From NCBI GenBank assembly GCA_016875645.1, contig VGPE01000003.1, positions 1-33,604 of the forward strand: DNA of 33,604 nt, given 5' to 3'. Made by a program: the position numbers and the translations under genes. Below the pieces are notes generated by a model, which was not told the DNA's origin, searched no databases, and saw only the letters and a program-made list of their open reading frames with translations. Below, piece after piece: positions 20,937-29,377 of this stretch. Every line of letters begins with the position of its first letter. The first letter of the stretch is position 1. Source of the DNA: Chloroflexota bacterium (GTDB lineage: Bacteria > Chloroflexota > Limnocylindria > Limnocylindrales > CSP1-4).

Positions 20937-21539
20937 TCAGCGTGAAGCGCGGCGCCAGCGGCCGGCGGCCGGGTCCCAGTCACCCGCGACCCTGACGGCG
21001 CCCGAGCCCTCCACGTGCTCCTGTCGGCGGCGCGCGGACCCGACCGTCTCGCCCCAGCCCGGCGGCACCAGTCCGGGCGCAAGGTCCGCCCACGGGGCAA
21101 GCACGAACAGACGCTCGCGGGCGGACGGGTGCGGCACGACCAGGAGCCGGACGCCCTTCACGGCGACGTCGCGCGACTGGCCGTCGGGCGGCCGGTCGAG
21201 CGAGAGGCGATGACGACCGAATGCCAGCAGATCGAGGTCGATCTCGCGTGGGCCCCAGCGGCCGCGGGCCCTGCGGCCGGCCGCTCGCTCAAGCGCCTTG
21301 AGGTGGACCAGCAGGTCGAGCGCTCCCTGCGCCGGGTCCGGGCCCGGGGGTACGTCCAGCGCGACGACCGCATTGCGGAAGTCCGGCTGATCGGCGACCC
21401 CCACCGGCCGTGTCACATAGAGTCGCGAGACGCCGACCACGCGCGTCCCGGGCAGCGCCGCCAGTGCGCCGACCGCGCCGGCCAGCGCTGCCTCGGCATC
21501 GCCGACGTTCGCCCCGAGCCCGATATACGCGCGTGTCAC
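20937..21539 (-). CDS. folK: 2-amino-4-hydroxy-6-hydroxymethyldihydropteridine diphosphokinase
   Basis: RAYIGLGANVG, SRLYVTRPVG..QPDFRNAV, RWGPREIDLDLL, VPHP..RERLFVLAP. GTG start at 21539. Confidence 0.93.
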   Translation of the reverse strand: MTRAYIGLGANVGDAEAALAGAVGALAALPGTRVVGVSRLYVTRPVGVADQPDFRNAVVALDVPPGPDPAQGALDLLVHLKALERAAGRRARGRWGPREIDLDLLAFGRHRLSLDRPPDGQSRDVAVKGVRLLVVPHPSARERLFVLAPWADLAPGLVPPGWGETVGSARRRQEHVEGSGAVRVAGDWDPAAGRWRRASR

Positions 21540-21581
21540 GATCGGGATCGTAGTCAAACCCCGCCGCCCTAGGATCGGCGG

Positions 21582-22856
21582 GTGCGCCCGGTCACGGTCC
21601 TGATCCTCCACCCGCCATCCCCCGCAGACGGTGGCGAGCCCGTCCGCTGGCTTGCGACCGCCCGCGAGGTCATCGCCGAGGGGCATCGCGCCGCCTTCGT
21701 GGCGGCCGGGGCGGAACACGTGCGCGTCGTGAGCCAGGATGGCGGGCCGCTCACGTTCGGCCAGCGACTGCGCTCCCTGGCGCGCGAGGTGGTCGAGGCG
21801 ACCCTGCCCGGCCGTCGCCATGGCCTCGTCGTCATCGGGTCGGGGGCGATGCCGCTGGCGCGCCGCTTGGACCTCGAGGAGTTCGTCAGGGTGGCCCGCA
21901 GTGTCGCGCGACGCCCGGTTGCGCTCGCCAACAGCTACTACTCGGCCGACGCCGTTGCGATCCCGGACGCGGCCATCCTCCTGGCCCTGCCGGACCTGCC
22001 GTCTGATAACGCGCTCCCGCGCTGGCTCGCGGAGCGGGCCGGCGTGCCCGTGCGCGATCGCCGGAACGTCTGGCGCCTCAGTGTCGACATCGACTCGCCA
22101 CTCGATGTGGTCCTGCTCGCCGGTGATCCCGGTTGTCCGCCGGCACTCCGCGCGCTCGCCCGCGAAATCGCGGCCGGTGCCCCCGAGTTCACCGACGCCC
22201 TGCGTGGCGTCGTGGCGGTGATGGCGGACCGGCGCTCTGAGCTCTTCGTGGCCGGCCGCTCGTCGTCACGGACCCTGCGCTGGCTCGAGACCCGTGTGGC
22301 CTGCCGCGTCCGCGCCCTCATCGAGGAGCGGGGCATGCGCTCTGGCACCGCCCTTGCGCTGGGGGACCTCGACGAGGAACGCGACCAGCCACCGGCCGTC
22401 CCGGCGGCCTCGGTCGAGCTCGCCCCGCCGCGATCGCTGCTGGCGCTGGCCCTTGACGAATCCGGCCCGCGACAATTGGCACCGCTGATCGGTCAGCTCT
22501 GCGACGCGGCGGTGCTCGACAGCCGGGTCCTGCTGGCGCACCGGCTCGGGAGCGACGAGCGGCGCTGGCCACCGCTGGCACAGCGGCTCGCGTCCGATCT
22601 CCTCCGCCCTGACGAGGTGCGCGATCCGTGGCTGCGCGAGCTGACGCGGCGGGCATTGGCCGCGCGCCGGCCGATCCTGCTGGGTGGGCACACCCTGGTG
22701 GGACCCGGGCTGCCCCTGATCCCCGGTGCCGTTCGCTGGTTGGATCAGCCGGAGGAGCCGGAGGAGCCGGAGAAGCCGGCCGCGCCGGAGCCGGAGGAGC
22801 CGGCCGCGCCGTCGGATGCGCGGCTGCGGCCGAGCCTCTGGGATGAGGCGACATGA
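21582..22856 (+). CDS. Hypothetical protein with a possible CofC/MobA-like nucleotidyltransferase N-domain
   Basis: LVVIGSGAMPL and LSVDIDSPLDV resemble the CofC/MobA DxP and DxDTxxD motifs. Family assignment is weak. Confidence 0.6.
   Translation: MRPVTVLILHPPSPADGGEPVRWLATAREVIAEGHRAAFVAAGAEHVRVVSQDGGPLTFGQRLRSLAREVVEATLPGRRHGLVVIGSGAMPLARRLDLEEFVRVARSVARRPVALANSYYSADAVAIPDAAILLALPDLPSDNALPRWLAERAGVPVRDRRNVWRLSVDIDSPLDVVLLAGDPGCPPALRALAREIAAGAPEFTDALRGVVAVMADRRSELFVAGRSSSRTLRWLETRVACRVRALIEERGMRSGTALALGDLDEERDQPPAVPAASVELAPPRSLLALALDESGPRQLAPLIGQLCDAAVLDSRVLLAHRLGSDERRWPPLAQRLASDLLRPDEVRDPWLRELTRRALAARRPILLGGHTLVGPGLPLIPGAVRWLDQPEEPEEPEKPAAPEPEEPAAPSDARLRPSLWDEAT
22749..22811 (+). repeat. 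In-frame 9-bp-unit tandem repeat encoding PEEPEEPEKPAAPEPEEPAAP
   Basis: CCGGAGGAG / CCGGAGAAG / CCGGCCGCG units near the 3' end of the CDS. Confidence 0.7.
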
Positions 22857-24010
22857 CGGCGCCCCTGTCCGATGCCGAGCTGGCCGAGATCATCGGGCGG
22901 GAGATCGACGGTGCGGGCGGGGCGATCCCGTTCGCCCGCTTCATGGAGCTTGCGCTCTATGACCCGGATCACGGGTACTACCTCCAGCCACGACCTGCCG
23001 CCGGCCGGCACGGCGCAGACTTCCTGACGGCGCCCGAGCTGCACCCGATCTTCGGCCAGGTGGTTGCCCGCCAGATCGCGGAGATGCGATCCCGCCTGGG
23101 CGAACCGCCCGACTTCACCATCCGGGAGTACGCGGCCGGCAGTGGCGCGCTGGCCGAGGCGATCCTGGGCGAGATGGGCGCGGACGTCCGCTACGAAGCG
23201 ATCGAGCTCAACCGGCATCGGCGTGCGGAGCTGGCAGCGCGCCTGCCCCTGGCGCGGGTCACGGCCGGCGCGTCCGACACCCCGATCACCGGGGTCGTCC
23301 TCGCCAACGAGCTGCTGGACGCTCTGCCCGTCCACCGCGTGGTGATGCGCGGCGGGCGCCTGCGGGAGGTCTACGTTCGACGAGGCGAAACCGCCCGGTC
23401 CTTCACCGACCAGGAGGGCGAGCCCTCCACGCCGGCCCTCGCGGCACGCCTGGCGGCCGAGGGCGTGGACCTTGCCGACGGTCAGCGGAGTGAAGTCAAC
23501 CTTGGCATCGAGGCGTGGCTGGCCGAAGCAGCCACGGGGCTGCACCGCGGCTACATGCTGATCGTCGACTACGGGTACCGGGCCGCGGACCTCTATTCCG
23601 AGCGCAGGGGGGCCGGCACGTTGCTGAGCTACTCGGGCCACCGCGTGGTCGACGATCCGTACGCCGACGTCGGACGGCAGGACCTCACCGCCCACGTGGA
23701 CTTCACGGCCGTGGAACGTGCCGCACGTCGAGCCGGCCTGACGCCCCTGGGCCTCACGAGCCAGGCGGAGTTCCTCGTCGGGGCCGGCGCGGAAACCGTC
23801 GTGGAGCGCGTCCGGACTGATCCCGCGACCGACCTGGCGGGTTGGGTTGCGCTCCGCTCCGCGCTCGGCCGGCTGCTGGATCCCCGTGCCATGGGCGCCT
23901 TCAAGGTGTGCGTGCTTGGCCGAGGGATCCCGATCGAGCCACCGCTGCAGGGTCTCGCGTACCGCATCGCGGGGCCACCGGCGGCGGCACCGGGCGGGGA
24001 CGCACAGTAG
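22853..24010 (+). CDS. SAM-dependent methyltransferase, MidA/NDUFAF7 family
   Basis: IPFARFMELALYDPDHGYY, DFLTAPELHPIFG, EYAAGSGALA, ANELLDALPVH, VDYG, GRQDLTAHVDF, MGAFKV. Confidence 0.9.
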   Translation: MTAPLSDAELAEIIGREIDGAGGAIPFARFMELALYDPDHGYYLQPRPAAGRHGADFLTAPELHPIFGQVVARQIAEMRSRLGEPPDFTIREYAAGSGALAEAILGEMGADVRYEAIELNRHRRAELAARLPLARVTAGASDTPITGVVLANELLDALPVHRVVMRGGRLREVYVRRGETARSFTDQEGEPSTPALAARLAAEGVDLADGQRSEVNLGIEAWLAEAATGLHRGYMLIVDYGYRAADLYSERRGAGTLLSYSGHRVVDDPYADVGRQDLTAHVDFTAVERAARRAGLTPLGLTSQAEFLVGAGAETVVERVRTDPATDLAGWVALRSALGRLLDPRAMGAFKVCVLGRGIPIEPPLQGLAYRIAGPPAAAPGGDAQ

Positions 24011-24131
24011 AATGCCCGTGGCGCCTCGGGTCCGATCGCCGCAGATTCACCTGCCCTTCACCGGGCGACCGCCGGACCGTTCAGCGGCGCTGCGTTCCGC
24101 CCGGGCAGGACGCATGAAACATGAGGTTGAC

Positions 24132-24488
24132 GTGACCGGCGTCTGGTACGTGCTGGGCTTCGCGTTCGCGGGGGTCTCGTTCGTGTTCCTGACGATCGGC
24201 GCGTCCTGGCTGCTCACCCACCGCAACAAGGGCGACCATCACAAGGGACTGCCCTACGAGAGCGGCATCGATACGTACGGCGACCCACACGCGCGGTTCG
24301 GCCTCTCGTTCTACATCTACGCTCTGCTCTTTGTCGCCTTCGACATTGAGGTCATCTTCATCTACCTCTGGGCGATCATCTTCAAGGACCTGTTGCTGGG
24401 CGGCTTCGTGAGCATGCTCATCTTCGTGGCCATCCTGATGCTGGGGCTCGCCTACGCCTGGCGGAAGGGAGTGCTCACGTGGCGCTGA
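24132..24488 (+). CDS. nuoA: NADH-quinone oxidoreductase subunit A
   Basis: [35 protein letters not shown] start after GAGGT. A TAGAAT -10 candidate lies at 24008-24013. Confidence 0.93.
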   Translation: MTGVWYVLGFAFAGVSFVFLTIGASWLLTHRNKGDHHKGLPYESGIDTYGDPHARFGLSFYIYALLFVAFDIEVIFIYLWAIIFKDLLLGGFVSMLIFVAILMLGLAYAWRKGVLTWR

Positions 24489-25240
24489 CTCCTGATGCGC
24501 CCGGTGCCCCCGGTGGCGCCGCCCCCGGCGACGTGACCGCAGGCGCCTCCGGGCAGGCCGGAACCATGCCGGTCGCCATGCCGGCGGATTCGTCGCGGGC
24601 GCTCACCGAGGCGATCGTCGTCCCCAATTCGCTGTGGACCTCGGCCAACCCGATTGCCTACAACGGCGGACGGCCCGCAGAGATCACGCACCTGCGCGAG
24701 TGGGCGCAGACCGAGGATGCTCGACGCGACAACGCCCGCTGGGGGGCGCTCGAGGTGATCCCGACCAAGGCGGACTACGTGCTGGACCTCATCCGCGCGA
24801 ACAGCCTCTGGCCGCTCCTGTCGGGACTGGCGTGCTGTGCCATCGAGATGATGTCGGCGGCCACCAGCAAGAACGATATGGACCGCTGGGGGATGTTCCC
24901 GTTCCGCGCCAGTCCCCGCCAGGCCGACGTGCTGATCGTGGCGGGAACCCTGACCACGAAGATGTCCGGCCCGCTGCTCCGGCTCTGGGAGCAGATGCCG
25001 GAGCCCAAGTGGTGCGTGGCGATGGGTGACTGCACCGTGTCGGGCGGCCGCTACAAGCGCAGCTACTCCACGGTCGAGGGAATCGACCGGATCATGCCGG
25101 TCGACGTGTACGTGCCCGGCTGTCCCCCGCGACCCGAGGGGCTGATCTTCGGGATGATGAAGCTGCAGCAGCTCGTCAAAGACCGCCGCGGCCACTGGCC
25201 CGAGCGGATGGTTGGGCCCAACGTGCCCGACGGCGTCTGA
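24479..25240 (+). CDS. nuoB: NADH-quinone oxidoreductase subunit B (start may be downstream)
   Basis: [38 protein letters not shown]; cluster N2 ligands intact. Confidence 0.95.
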   Translation: MALTPDAPGAPGGAAPGDVTAGASGQAGTMPVAMPADSSRALTEAIVVPNSLWTSANPIAYNGGRPAEITHLREWAQTEDARRDNARWGALEVIPTKADYVLDLIRANSLWPLLSGLACCAIEMMSAATSKNDMDRWGMFPFRASPRQADVLIVAGTLTTKMSGPLLRLWEQMPEPKWCVAMGDCTVSGGRYKRSYSTVEGIDRIMPVDVYVPGCPPRPEGLIFGMMKLQQLVKDRRGHWPERMVGPNVPDGV

Positions 25241-25251
25241 GCGGGACGATC

Positions 25252-25803
25252 ATGGATCCAGCGTTCAAGCGGCGGCTCGAGACCCGCTTCCGCGGCGTTC
25301 TCCTGGGCCCGGTCCACCAGCGCCACGACGAGACCGAGATCCGGGTGGGCCCGGGCGATGTCTCCGCGGTCATGCGCGCCCTCCACGACGAGCCGACCTT
25401 TCGCTTCGAGTTCCTCTCGGACGTGTGTGGCGTGGACACCGGCGTCGTGATGCAGGTGGTCTACCACCTCTGGAGCGAGACGACCGCGGACTGGCTGCGG
25501 GTCATCGCGGACGGCCTGTCGCGCGACGATCCGCGGGTCCCATCACTCACCCCGTTGTGGCCGGGTGCGGAGTGGATGGAACGCGAGGCCTACGACATGT
25601 TCGGCATCACGTTCGAGGGGAACCGCGACCTGCGGCGCATCTACATGCCGCCTGACTACATGGCGTTTCCGCTCCGCAAGGACTTCTATCTGCCCGACGA
25701 TGCGGCCCGTTCGCCCGGGGCCGGCGTTCGGCATGTCGAGCAGTCGCACGCCCCGGTGAATGCCGACCCGTCGGTCACGGTCCGGACGGCCCGCGGAGCC
25801 TGA
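25252..25803 (+). CDS. nuoC: NADH-quinone oxidoreductase subunit C
   Basis: LSDVCGVD, VVYHLWS, WMEREAYDMFGITFEG, FPLRKDF. Confidence 0.93.
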   Translation: MDPAFKRRLETRFRGVLLGPVHQRHDETEIRVGPGDVSAVMRALHDEPTFRFEFLSDVCGVDTGVVMQVVYHLWSETTADWLRVIADGLSRDDPRVPSLTPLWPGAEWMEREAYDMFGITFEGNRDLRRIYMPPDYMAFPLRKDFYLPDDAARSPGAGVRHVEQSHAPVNADPSVTVRTARGA

Positions 25804-25804
25804 C

Positions 25805-27025
25805 ATGGTGACCCACAGCCGGCAACCTTCGGCCGACGACCCCCGCGTCCTGCTGGACCAGGAAATCGGCGTCTTCGAGCCGGTCCCGCCGTATCCCCCG
25901 CGCACGGAGCGCGAAGCCGAGTTCTACACCCTCGGCGACGGCGAGATGTTCGTGAACATGGGCCCCCAGCACCCGTCCACCCACGGTGTGTTGCGGATCG
26001 TGCTCAAGCTCAACGGCGAGCAGGTGGTCGACCTGGATCCGGTGCTCGGCTACCTCCACCGCGGCGTCGAGAAGATCTGTGAGAACAGCGACTACCACCA
26101 CATCGTCAACCAGCTGGACCCGCTCGAGTACATCTCGTCGCTGTTCATGGAGTGGCCCTACGTCCAGGCCGCGGAGAAGCTCCTGGACCTGGAGGTCCCC
26201 CGCCGCGCCGAATACATCCGTGTCCTGTCGGGCGAGCTCAACCGCATCGCCAGTCACGCGCTGTTCATGGGCTGGTTCGCACTGGACCTCGGCGGGCTGA
26301 CGCCGATCCTGTGGAGCTTCATCGAGCGCGACGAGATCGTGGAGATGCTCGGCGCGCTGACCGGCGCCCGGATGCTCTTCAACTACTTCCGGATCGGCGG
26401 CGTGAACGGCGACCTGAACCACGAGTTCATGAGCCGCCTCGGGTCCTGGATGAGCCGCGCCGCGACGCAGATCGAAGCCAACACAAAGCTTCTCAACGAG
26501 AACGAGATCTTCGTCCGGCGGGCCCGCGGCCTCGGCCGGATGGACCGCGAGATGGCCCTCCGGATGTGCGTCACCGGGCCGAACCTGCGCGCGACCGGCG
26601 TCCCGTTCGACGTCCGGCGTGCCCACCCCTATTCCATCTACCCGGAGCTGGACTTCGACGTCCCGACCCGCACGGAAGGCGACTCGCTGGCGCGGTACCT
26701 GCTCCGGGTCGACGAGGTGAAGCAGAGCCTGCGCATCATCGACCAGTGCCTGCACCAGATGCCCGACGGGCCGATCATGGCCCGCATCCCACGCCTGATC
26801 CGGCCGCGCCCGGGGCGTGCCTACGGGGCGGTCGAAAGCCCGCGCGGCCAGTACACCATGTACATGATCAGCGACGGAACCGACCAGCCCTTCCGGCTGC
26901 GGATCCACGATCCATCGTTTGTGCATCTCGGGTCGGTCGGTCGCCTGGTGCCGGGCAACCTGGTCGCCGACACCATGGCCATCATGGCGAGCCTCGACCC
27001 GGTCATGGGCGGCGTCGACAAGTGA
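25805..27025 (+). CDS. nuoD: NADH-quinone oxidoreductase subunit D
   Basis: NMGPQHPSTHGVLR, GYLHRGVEK, ELNRIASH, FRIGGV, VESPRG, SLDPVMGGVDK. No NiFe CxxC motifs, so not a hydrogenase large subunit. Confidence 0.95.
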   Translation: MVTHSRQPSADDPRVLLDQEIGVFEPVPPYPPRTEREAEFYTLGDGEMFVNMGPQHPSTHGVLRIVLKLNGEQVVDLDPVLGYLHRGVEKICENSDYHHIVNQLDPLEYISSLFMEWPYVQAAEKLLDLEVPRRAEYIRVLSGELNRIASHALFMGWFALDLGGLTPILWSFIERDEIVEMLGALTGARMLFNYFRIGGVNGDLNHEFMSRLGSWMSRAATQIEANTKLLNENEIFVRRARGLGRMDREMALRMCVTGPNLRATGVPFDVRRAHPYSIYPELDFDVPTRTEGDSLARYLLRVDEVKQSLRIIDQCLHQMPDGPIMARIPRLIRPRPGRAYGAVESPRGQYTMYMISDGTDQPFRLRIHDPSFVHLGSVGRLVPGNLVADTMAIMASLDPVMGGVDK

Positions 27026-27152
27026 ATGCGCCCGTGATGCGGCCGATGGCGGCGTCGTCGCCTGCGCGCGCTCGCTCACGCCTCGGGCGCTTCGCGCCTC
27101 CGCTTGCGCTCGCCTCGCCTAACGGGCGAACGGTCAGTTCGGTGGCCGCTCG

Positions 27153-28493
27153 ATGACCACCGTTTCGCGGGCGTGGGGCCGGCTGACGCTGCCCGGGAAG
27201 ATCTTCTTCACGGTCGTGCCGCTGCTGCTCGTGCTCGGGCTGGGCGGGCTGATCGCGATCATGCTGCTGGGGCCGCTCGTGCTCCAGATCCTCGGCGACA
27301 ACCTGCCGCTCGTGCGGTTCGTCATCGCTGCAACCGCGGTGCTGCTCGCCGCGATCCCGATCGCCTTCCTGAACATCTTCATGGAAATGAAGGTCATTGC
27401 CTTCATGAACCTGCGGATCGGCCCCGATCGGGTTGGTCCCTGGGGCACCCTCCTGTCGGTCGTCCACGGGCTCAAGGTGCTCGGCAAGGAAGACTTCACC
27501 CCGACCGGCGCCGACCGGACCATCTTCACCTTGGCGCCGGTGGTGGTCTTCCTGGGCACCGTGATGTCGTTCCTGGTCATCCCGTTTGCACCCGGGCTGT
27601 TTGGCCAGGACTTCAACATCGGGCTGCTGTACTTCTTCGCGGTCGGCGGCCTGACGGTGGTCGGGCTGATGATGGCCGGCTGGGCCAGCTTCAACAAGTA
27701 CTCGCTCCTGGGCGGGCTCCGCGCCGCGGCGCAGATCGTCTCGTACGAGATCCCGTTGACGCTTTCGGTCGTCGGCATCCTCATGCTGGCCGGCACGATG
27801 AGCCTCAACCAGATCGTGCTCAACCAGTCCGGCTCGTTCCTGGACTGGTACGTGTTCCAGCAGCCGCTGGGCGCATTGATCTTCCTGATCGCCATCACCG
27901 CCGAGGCCAATCGCGCCCCGTTCGACCTGACCGAAGCCGATTCGGAGATCGTGGCGGGCTTTGCAACCGAGTACTCGGGCATGCGCTTCGGCTTCCTGTT
28001 CTTCGCCGAGTACGTGAACATGTTCATCGTCTCGGCCCTCACCGTGACGCTGTTCTTCGGCGGCTGGAACGCGCCGTTCGACTGGCCGTTCCCGATCAGC
28101 GCGAACCTCGATCCGGCGAGCCTCGGAATCGGGCTGCTGATCCTGGTGGCGGTGGTCCCCCTGATCGGAACCCTCGCGCTGGCAGCGCCGTTCTGGCTCA
28201 TGCGCAGCTCCATGCCCACCTGGCAGGCACTCGTGATCGGGTTCGTGCTGTTCAACGTGCTGGCGGTCGCGGCGGTCCTCGGCTGGGCCTTCGTCAGCTG
28301 GGAGTGGGTCGTCGGATTGCTCTGGTCTATGATCAAGGCCTACGGGTTCGTGTTCTTCTTCGTCTGGCTGCGCGGTACGCTGCCCCGCGTCCGGATCGAT
28401 CAGCTGATGAATTTCGCGTGGAAGTGGCTGCTGCCCGCGGCGCTTCTGAACCTGTTCGTGACAGCGCTCGCGATCATCGTGCTGGGCCGCTGA
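27153..28493 (+). CDS. nuoH: NADH-quinone oxidoreductase subunit H (extended, 446 aa)
   Basis: RIGPDRVGPWG, NKYSLLGGLRAAAQIVSYEIP, AEANRAPFDLTEADSEIVAGFATEYSG, LPRVRIDQLM..WKWLLP. Confidence 0.94.
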   Translation: MTTVSRAWGRLTLPGKIFFTVVPLLLVLGLGGLIAIMLLGPLVLQILGDNLPLVRFVIAATAVLLAAIPIAFLNIFMEMKVIAFMNLRIGPDRVGPWGTLLSVVHGLKVLGKEDFTPTGADRTIFTLAPVVVFLGTVMSFLVIPFAPGLFGQDFNIGLLYFFAVGGLTVVGLMMAGWASFNKYSLLGGLRAAAQIVSYEIPLTLSVVGILMLAGTMSLNQIVLNQSGSFLDWYVFQQPLGALIFLIAITAEANRAPFDLTEADSEIVAGFATEYSGMRFGFLFFAEYVNMFIVSALTVTLFFGGWNAPFDWPFPISANLDPASLGIGLLILVAVVPLIGTLALAAPFWLMRSSMPTWQALVIGFVLFNVLAVAAVLGWAFVSWEWVVGLLWSMIKAYGFVFFFVWLRGTLPRVRIDQLMNFAWKWLLPAALLNLFVTALAIIVLGR

Positions 28494-28539
28494 TGACCCG
28501 CACGGCCAGCATCGCAACGAGCACTCGGAGCGTTCCTCG

Positions 28540-29373
28540 ATGAGCTTGCTGTCGGGCCTGGTGCCCGGTCTGGGCCTGGCGAAGGGCATGGCGCTGGGCC
28601 TCGTGCGCTTCTTCCAGCCCAAGGCCACGATCATGTACCCGGAGGCGGCGCCGGACGTCAGCCCGCGCTTCCGCGGCCGGCTGCAACTGCTGTACGACGA
28701 GTGGGGCACGCTCAAGTGCGAGACGTGCTTCCAGTGCGCCCAGGCCTGCCCGATCGAGTGCATCGACATGGGTGGCATCGACACCAAGGGCCGCTTCCAC
28801 GTCCACTGGGGCCCGCCCGAGACCTACGGCGAGCGACGCGAGGAATCTGCGCTGCGGCGCTCCGGCCGCCCGGTGCCCGACCGCGAGTACGAGCACTTCG
28901 AGCCGATTGATATGAGGGCGGTGGACGAGGCCCTCGCGCGCTACGACTACGACCCAAAGGAGATGCTGCGCATCCTGGAGGCCACGGACGCGGCGTACGG
29001 CTACCTGCCGGTCGCAGCGCTCAAGCGGATCAGCGACGCGACCGGCGCGTGGTACGCGATGCTCTACGGCACGGCGTCCTATTACCGCCATCTGCGCTTC
29101 GATCCGCCGGTTCGAGTCGTCGCGGTCTGTCGCTGCACGAGCTGCCTGATGGCCGGCGGCGGGCGTGTGCTCGAGGTGCTCGAAGCCTCGCTCGGAACCG
29201 AGATCGGGTCAGTGCCGACACATGGTGGTATCCGCATCGAACAGCTGGCGAGCCACATCCCCGGCGCGACCGCACCGCTCGTCACGTTCGACGGGACCAC
29301 CCAGGTGGGGCTCACCGTGGAGTCCGCTGCAGCCTGGGCGCGGACACTCTCGGGCATCGGCGCCAGGGTTTGA
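28540..29373 (+). CDS. Fusion: NuoI N-terminal half (one CxxCxxCxxxCP) + NuoE-like domain
   Basis: TIMYPE..SPRFRGRL..KCETCFQCAQACPIECI is the NuoI N-half. Then YGYLPVAALKRIS..GTASYY..VCRCTSC..LGTEIG..APLVTFDG is the NuoE fold. Confidence 0.85.
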   Translation: MSLLSGLVPGLGLAKGMALGLVRFFQPKATIMYPEAAPDVSPRFRGRLQLLYDEWGTLKCETCFQCAQACPIECIDMGGIDTKGRFHVHWGPPETYGERREESALRRSGRPVPDREYEHFEPIDMRAVDEALARYDYDPKEMLRILEATDAAYGYLPVAALKRISDATGAWYAMLYGTASYYRHLRFDPPVRVVAVCRCTSCLMAGGGRVLEVLEASLGTEIGSVPTHGGIRIEQLASHIPGATAPLVTFDGTTQVGLTVESAAAWARTLSGIGARV

Positions 29374-29377
29374 CCGG

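Noticed and set aside
25805-27025. Group 4 NiFe-hydrogenase large subunit
   Set aside because: It lacks both CxxC nickel motifs and has the NuoD HPSTHG quinone-site loop.
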